DNA of 64,000 bases, from contig OY970325.1 in the NCBI GenBank assembly GCA_963717145.1, positions 4,032,001 to 4,096,000 on the forward strand, written 5' to 3'. The DNA is from an uncultured Armatimonadetes bacterium. GTDB lineage: Bacteria > Armatimonadota > UBA5829 > DTJY01. Made by a program: the position numbers and the translations under genes. Positions 58,431-64,000 of the stretch are shown here, in pieces (within the stretch, counting starts at the first letter, position 1; every line of letters begins with the position of its first letter). Below the pieces are notes generated by a model that saw only the letters and a list, made by a program, of their open reading frames with translations, was not told where the DNA came from and did not search any database.

Positions 58431-61205
58431 ATGAGAGCCGGAAATACTCGTCCATTCTTTTTGATGCTGGCGCTGATCGTGCTGGCAGCAACAATCGCGC
58501 CGGTACTCGGCCAGCAGGCGGAGGTCCGGGAGACCGTCCTGCCGAACGGCCTGAAGGTGCTCACGAAGGAAGTCCATGCCGTCCCGGTCGTCAGCTTCCA
58601 GGTCTGGTACAAGGTCGGCTCTCGGAATGAGCAGCTCGGAAAGACCGGACTGTCTCACCTGCTGGAACACATGCAGTTCAAAGGCACGAAGTCGCTCGGG
58701 AAGGGCGAGATCGACCGCCTGATCCAGAAGAATGGCGGCATCAGCAACGCGACCACCTGGAAGGACCGGACCCACTACTACGAGACGTTCTCCAGTGACA
58801 GGCTCGAGCTGGCGATGCGCATCGAATCCGACCGCATGGTGAACAGCCGGATGGACGCCAAGGAACTCGAGTCGGAGAAGGTCGTAGTTCGCTCGGAACT
58901 CGAAGGCGGCGAGAACAGCCCGGATTCGCTGATCTACTATGAGTTGTATGCCACCGCGTTCAAGGCACATCCCTACCAGTGGCCGACGATCGGCTGGGTC
59001 GCGGACCTGGGCTCGATCACCCGGGACGACCTGTACAGCTACTACAAGACTTACTATCAGCCGAACAATGCGACGGTCGTGATCGTCGGCGACTTCCAGG
59101 CCGAGAAGGCGCTGGCACTCGTGAACAAGTACTTCGGCAAGATCAAGAAGGGCGACGATCCACCCAAGGTCACAGCTAAGGAGCCGGTCCAGTTCGGTGG
59201 ACGGCGCGCGATCGTCAGCAGGGCGGGCAACGCGTCCCGAGTGATGATGGGCTTCAAGACCCCGGCGGTCGGCGATCCGGACAACTATCCGCTCGATGTG
59301 CTGGAGATCGTGCTGAGCAGTGGGACGAGCAGCCGCCTGTATAAGGCGCTCGTGGACAAGCAACTTGCGACCGAAGCCTGGGCGAGCGCGACCGTCGGCA
59401 AGGACCCCGATCTATTCCTCCTCGGAGGAACCGCCCGCGACGGCGTGAAGATCGAGGATGTCGAGGCCGCGCTCCTGGCCGAGGTCGAGAAGATCAAGAC
59501 CGAGGGCATCACGGACCAGGAACTTCAGAAGGCGCTCAACCAACTCGAGGCGTCGTTTGTCTACGCCAATGACAGCGTCTCCGCGCAGGCCCGGCAACTC
59601 GGAGAGTTCGAGACCATGTACTCCTGGCGGTACATCGTGGAATACCTGTCGAACGCGCAGAAGGTGAGCAGGGAAGACGTAGGTCGTGTGGCCCGGAAGT
59701 ACTTCACCGAGATGGGCCGGACCGTCGTGACGTTCGTTCCTGAGGAGTCAGGAGTCAGGAGTCAGAAGTCAGAAGTCGGCAGGGAGCAGATGGCACTGCC
59801 CTTTGAGAGGTTGGCAGCTTACAAACCGGATGTGGAGACACGGAGAGTGGGAGAACGGGAGAGTGGGAGAGTGGGAGACAAACCCATACTATCCGCCGAG
59901 GAATCCGAAATCCGCAGTCCGACATCCGCAATTCAGCCGAAGCGGGTGGTGCTCGATAACGGTATGGTCGTCATCATCTACCCGAACCGGAGCAATGCGA
60001 CGATCGCCGTGACCGGAAGCCTGGGCGCCGGTTCGATGCTCGATCCGACGGGCAAGGCCGGAGTCGCGCCGGTGACCGCCGGACTGCTCATGAAGGGCAC
60101 GAAAACCCGCACCGCCGATCAGCTCGCGGCCGAGAGGGACTTTCTCGCCATCCGCATGGGCACGGGCGCGGACACCGAGTCAGCCTCGTTCAGCACGTAC
60201 TCGCTCTCGAAGCACTTCGACAAATCGCTCGAACTGCTGTCCGACGTGCTGCGCAACCCGACATTCCCAGCGGACGAACTCGAGAAGCTGAGGATGAGAC
60301 GCCTCTCCGCCATCAAGCAGGAGCAGGACGACCCGCAATCGCTCGCGTTCCGGAAGTTCTACGGCACGGTCTACCCGAAGGGGCATCCGTACCATCAGAA
60401 TTCGATCGAAGAGGAAGCGGCGAACACCTCCGCGATCACAAGGGATGACATCACCGACTTCTACGGCAAGTACTATGGCCCGCAGACCGCGATCATCGTG
60501 GTCGTCGGCGATGTCGATGAGCAGACGGCGCTGGCAAAGATCAAGCAGTATTTCGGCGACTGGAAGCCGACCGGTCCCGCCGTAGTCCCGAAGCAAGTTC
60601 GGGACCTGATCCCGGACACGCCGCTTCAGGCGTCCATCGTGAAGGAGATCATCCAGGTGCCGGACAAGTCGCAGGCCGACGTGGTCCTCGGCTATGCGAG
60701 CACTCTGAAGCGGTCCGATCCGGACTTCTATGTCGCGACGATTATGAACTACATCCTCGGCGGCGGCGGAGCGCTCGGCAGCCGGTTCGGGAACGTCATC
60801 CGCGACGAGATGGGCCTCGTCTACACCGTCTACAGCGGCTTCGACTCGACGCTCGGCGCCGGGCCGTGGTACGCTTACCTCGGCACGAACCCGGAGAACA
60901 TAGACAAGGCAGTCACTACGCTGCTCGACCAGATGAAGCTCATGCGCGACAAGGGTGCGACGAAGGTGGAGGTCCAGGAGGCGCTGGACTACATCACGGG
61001 CTCGTTCGCGGCGCGCCGACTCGAGACGAACAGCGCGATCGCGGATACCCTGCACGCCGCTGAGTTCTTCGGCCTGGGGATCGATTACATTCAGAAATAC
61101 CAGAGCCTCTATCGGGCGGTGACACTCGATCAGGTGAACGCCGCCGCAAGGAAGTACCTGCACACGGATCAGTACACGATCGTGGAAGCAGGAACGATCA
61201 AGTAG
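58431..61205 (+). CDS. M16 (pitrilysin-like) zinc protease, secreted, two-module
   Basis: LPNGL, WYKVGSRNE, HLLEH inverted zincin motif, second LDNG module. Confidence 0.92.
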   Translation: MRAGNTRPFFLMLALIVLAATIAPVLGQQAEVRETVLPNGLKVLTKEVHAVPVVSFQVWYKVGSRNEQLGKTGLSHLLEHMQFKGTKSLGKGEIDRLIQKNGGISNATTWKDRTHYYETFSSDRLELAMRIESDRMVNSRMDAKELESEKVVVRSELEGGENSPDSLIYYELYATAFKAHPYQWPTIGWVADLGSITRDDLYSYYKTYYQPNNATVVIVGDFQAEKALALVNKYFGKIKKGDDPPKVTAKEPVQFGGRRAIVSRAGNASRVMMGFKTPAVGDPDNYPLDVLEIVLSSGTSSRLYKALVDKQLATEAWASATVGKDPDLFLLGGTARDGVKIEDVEAALLAEVEKIKTEGITDQELQKALNQLEASFVYANDSVSAQARQLGEFETMYSWRYIVEYLSNAQKVSREDVGRVARKYFTEMGRTVVTFVPEESGVRSQKSEVGREQMALPFERLAAYKPDVETRRVGERESGRVGDKPILSAEESEIRSPTSAIQPKRVVLDNGMVVIIYPNRSNATIAVTGSLGAGSMLDPTGKAGVAPVTAGLLMKGTKTRTADQLAAERDFLAIRMGTGADTESASFSTYSLSKHFDKSLELLSDVLRNPTFPADELEKLRMRRLSAIKQEQDDPQSLAFRKFYGTVYPKGHPYHQNSIEEEAANTSAITRDDITDFYGKYYGPQTAIIVVVGDVDEQTALAKIKQYFGDWKPTGPAVVPKQVRDLIPDTPLQASIVKEIIQVPDKSQADVVLGYASTLKRSDPDFYVATIMNYILGGGGALGSRFGNVIRDEMGLVYTVYSGFDSTLGAGPWYAYLGTNPENIDKAVTTLLDQMKLMRDKGATKVEVQEALDYITGSFAARRLETNSAIADTLHAAEFFGLGIDYIQKYQSLYRAVTLDQVNAAARKYLHTDQYTIVEAGTIK

Positions 61206-61394
61206 GGAATGGTTTATGGTTTGTGGTTGATGGCTGATGGGGAACCGGTTCCCATTCCCCATTCCCCATTGACCATTAACCATCAGCCATCAACCATTCC
61301 CCGTCAACCATTCCCCCGGGTTTGGCGTATAACAGGCGGGGGGTAAACTGCGCGCGGAGGCTCCAACGATGCCGCCGTGCTTTGGAGGTGTGTC

Positions 61395-61817
61395 ATGGCG
61401 TCGCATCGGCGGCCGTTCTTTACGTTCTTTATCATCATCCTGCTGGGCTTGACTCTGTACAATGCATGGCAGGTCCGTGCGCTCCGCGCAGAGGTCACCG
61501 TCCTGAGGACGCAGGTGGCGCTGCTGAGGACCGGCGGCGAGAAGCCGGCCCGCGGCGCTCTCGATAGCGTGGACCTGGCCCGCAAGCATGCGGATCTGGC
61601 GCGGAAGTATGTAGCAGATGGTGAGTTCAAGAAGGCGCGCGTCGAGTTGGAGAAGAGCCTCGAGTACATGAAGCGCTTCAGCCAGACGTCCGAGGAGTCG
61701 TCGAAAGACACGATTGATCGGCTCCAGGATACCTGGCGGGATGCCGGCAAGAGCATCGACAAGATGTGGCGCGGCGTCACCGAGAAATCGGGGGAAGCGA
61801 AAAACAAAGGAGGCTGA
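61395..61817 (+). CDS. Hypothetical membrane-anchored helical protein
   Basis: GGAGG RBS, N-terminal TM, coiled coil. Confidence 0.6.
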   Translation: MASHRRPFFTFFIIILLGLTLYNAWQVRALRAEVTVLRTQVALLRTGGEKPARGALDSVDLARKHADLARKYVADGEFKKARVELEKSLEYMKRFSQTSEESSKDTIDRLQDTWRDAGKSIDKMWRGVTEKSGEAKNKGG

Positions 61818-61822
61818 ACGAA

Positions 61823-62566
61823 ATGCGTAAGCGTTGGCATATTGCACTGCTGCTGGTGGCGCTCATGCTGTCCATCTCAGTCCTGTCCGGCTGCAAGCCC
61901 GCCGGCCTTGTCAGCAACAGTCAGGAAGTGGAGATCGGCAGACAGTCTGCTCAGCAGGTGGAATCGCAGTATCCGGTGAATAAGGACCCGGAACTGAATA
62001 GAATGGTGACGACGATGGGGAAGAACCTTGCCCGTTTCTCACCCCGTCAGAACGTTGAATACACATTCAAGATCCTGGACATCAAGGACGTGAACGCCGT
62101 GTCGCTGCCCGGGGGTTGGATCTACGTCTACAAGGGCCTGATCGACACGACGAAGGGCAGTCCCGACCAGATGGCGGGAGTCATCGCGCACGAGATAGCG
62201 CACGTAGCGCTCCGACACCACGCCGACATGATCGGGCGTCAGACGTACGCGGGCATACTCGTACAGACGCTGACGCGTGGCGATGTCCAGCAGTGGGCAA
62301 ACCTGTTCGCGAATTTACAGCTTCTACAGTGGAGCCGGGAGCATGAGTTCGAAGCTGACCGAGATGGGATCGACATCATGTTCAAGTCCAAGCAATACGA
62401 TCCCCAGGGATTGGTCAACTTCTTTGGCGCACTGGACAAGCTGCACAAGGATAATCCATCGAAGTTCGAGCAGATGTTCAGGACGCACCCTGTGACGGCT
62501 GAGCGCGTCAAGCGCGCGCAGTCACATCTGGATGATCTCAAAGCCGGTCGAGTCCAGCCGAAGTAG
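61823..62566 (+). CDS. M48 metallopeptidase lipoprotein
   Basis: LSGC lipobox, NAVSLPGG, HEIAH, EFEAD, THP...ER. Confidence 0.9.
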   Translation: MRKRWHIALLLVALMLSISVLSGCKPAGLVSNSQEVEIGRQSAQQVESQYPVNKDPELNRMVTTMGKNLARFSPRQNVEYTFKILDIKDVNAVSLPGGWIYVYKGLIDTTKGSPDQMAGVIAHEIAHVALRHHADMIGRQTYAGILVQTLTRGDVQQWANLFANLQLLQWSREHEFEADRDGIDIMFKSKQYDPQGLVNFFGALDKLHKDNPSKFEQMFRTHPVTAERVKRAQSHLDDLKAGRVQPK

Positions 62567-62599
62567 ACCTTGTGTGGGCCGGCCCGTCAGGAGAGCACG

Positions 62600-63280
62600 T
62601 TGAAACTAACTGTTGTGGTTCCGGCCTACAATGAGGGAGAGCGACTGCGCGGGGTTCTCGGTGTGCTTCAGGAGTGCGCGGTCGTCGACGACATCATCGT
62701 TGTGAGCGACGGCTCGACCGATAATACTTGCGATGTGGCACGCTCATACAACGGCGTGACGGCATTCCAATTGCCGCACAATGTCGGCAAAGGCGGCGCG
62801 ATGGTTGCCGGCGCCAAGCGTGCCACGTCCGAGTTCATCGCCTTCCTCGACGCCGACCTGATCGGCTTGACTCCCTCCCACGTGGAGGCTCTCGTTTCCC
62901 CCGTGCTGTCCGGAGAAGTCGATATGACCATCGGCATATTCAAAGGCGGCCGCCCGCGCACGGACTGGGCACAGGTCATCGCTCCGTTCATCTCGGGACA
63001 GAGGGCGCTTTCGAGGGATGAGTTCCTCTCGATACCGGGCCTCGACGAGGCCAGATACGGCGTCGAAGTGGCAATAACCAGGCATATCAGGGACAGGGGA
63101 CTTGCCATCCGCACTGTGGCTCTCATGGGAATGACTCACCCCATGAAAGAGGAGAAGATCGGCTACATTCGGGGGACGGGCGCACGGATGACGATGTACT
63201 GGGAGATCATGAAGATGGTCTGCAGTTGGCAGGGTCGAAAGTCGAAGGTTGAGAGTCGAAAGCTGAAAGTTGAGAGTTAA
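62600..63280 (+). CDS. GT2 glycosyltransferase
   Basis: VVVPAYNE, SDGSTD, NVGKGGA, FLDADL, SGQRA. Confidence 0.9.
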   Translation: MKLTVVVPAYNEGERLRGVLGVLQECAVVDDIIVVSDGSTDNTCDVARSYNGVTAFQLPHNVGKGGAMVAGAKRATSEFIAFLDADLIGLTPSHVEALVSPVLSGEVDMTIGIFKGGRPRTDWAQVIAPFISGQRALSRDEFLSIPGLDEARYGVEVAITRHIRDRGLAIRTVALMGMTHPMKEEKIGYIRGTGARMTMYWEIMKMVCSWQGRKSKVESRKLKVES

Positions 63281-63609
63281 GGTTGTAGGGGCGTGCCTTG
63301 TGCCGCCCGCGACACCGAACCGGGCGGCACAAGGCACGCCCCTACAACCGGTTCATCTGGAGACGCCTCCTACAACAGTGATCCCCGGCACATGATCCGC
63401 TCTGCCTCCGCCAAGTTGGTCCCGGGTGTTGATGCCGAGCACCTCGTCCGGCCCGCACGATACCGATGACGCGCGCATCCCCTGCGATTATAACTCCTGC
63501 ACTGCCCAGCGACAAGCGCCGACAGTTTCGCGCACCGACATGCCGGGTATGAGAACAAGGGTATGGCGCAGATGACTGCGCCGACAGGATGTCAATGGAG
63601 GTGAAACCC

Positions 63610-64000
63610 ATGACGGTACAGAGGGTAGTTTGTCTGGCACTGGTGGTAGTATTTGCGTCTACCGTGATGCTGACCAGTCCGGCGTACTCGGCAAACCTGC
63701 TTACGCAGGCATTGAAGCTGTTCGGAATCGGCTACGTGGTAAGCCACTTCGGACCGCAGATCGACAAGTTCATCACGAGCCTCGCCGGCCAGCGTGGAGT
63801 CCAATGGGAGGGCGCGACAAAGGTGGTCCCGATCGTGTCGGTTGGCCAGGGATTCTTCGTAGGTGCGGCACAGGTGGTCGGGGAGCCGAACCAGGTAGAC
63901 AAGGTCAAAGCTGTCGGCCAGGTCGAGGCGACTCTGTCGAGCTTCAGCGGCAGGCTGCTCGTCCCCGTGGACACATCGAACCCGACAAAGAACCTGTCGC
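63610..64000 (+). CDS. Secreted hypothetical protein, runs off window end
   Basis: GGAGGTGA RBS. MTVQRVVCLALVVV...LFGIGYVVSHFGPQIDKF...ATKVVPIVSVG...AAQVVG, open to the edge. Confidence 0.7.
   Translation, partial: MTVQRVVCLALVVVFASTVMLTSPAYSANLLTQALKLFGIGYVVSHFGPQIDKFITSLAGQRGVQWEGATKVVPIVSVGQGFFVGAAQVVGEPNQVDKVKAVGQVEATLSSFSGRLLVPVDTSNPTKNLS

Noticed and set aside
1-64000. tRNA, rRNA or prophage genes
   Set aside because: No cloverleaf/T-loop signature in a plausible context, no rRNA-like tract and no phage structural or integrase ORFs recognised.

Overview
A GC-rich bacterial chromosomal region. It is probably Armatimonadota, inferred from the PEP-CTERM proteins and the GLNNIGLLVxTWGRV-type domain in the 42-45 kb protein. 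Carbohydrate-catabolism genes dominate: GH127, GH2, GH78, a GH36-like gene, heparinase II/III, an SSS transporter, NanE, ROK and PfkB kinases, Gfo/Idh/MocA and SDR oxidoreductases, and four URO-D/MtaA-like TIM barrels. clpB, M16 and M48 peptidases and a GT2 are also present. Accessory features: (i) a tandem array of seven PEP-CTERM-anchored FGE-sulfatase/CLec-fold genes (18.2-25.0 kb). Their C-terminal variable segment shows the NNC-codon fingerprint of diversity-generating-retroelement mutagenesis, although no RT or template repeat is in the window. They are also mosaics of one another and share a composite upstream motif with a distant FGE-domain gene at 45 kb. (ii) Three paralogous secreted proteins, each behind a conserved, apparently structured leader; an IS1182 splits one leader. 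(iii) A fluoride riboswitch-crcB unit with a REP hairpin between them. (iv) A decayed toxin-antitoxin cluster. (v) Many nested palindromic and short-tandem repeats, several in frame inside genes, including ClpB. Several single-base frameshifts, and the indel-rich 50-52 kb stretch, may be assembly errors. All calls were made by eye, without database searches.
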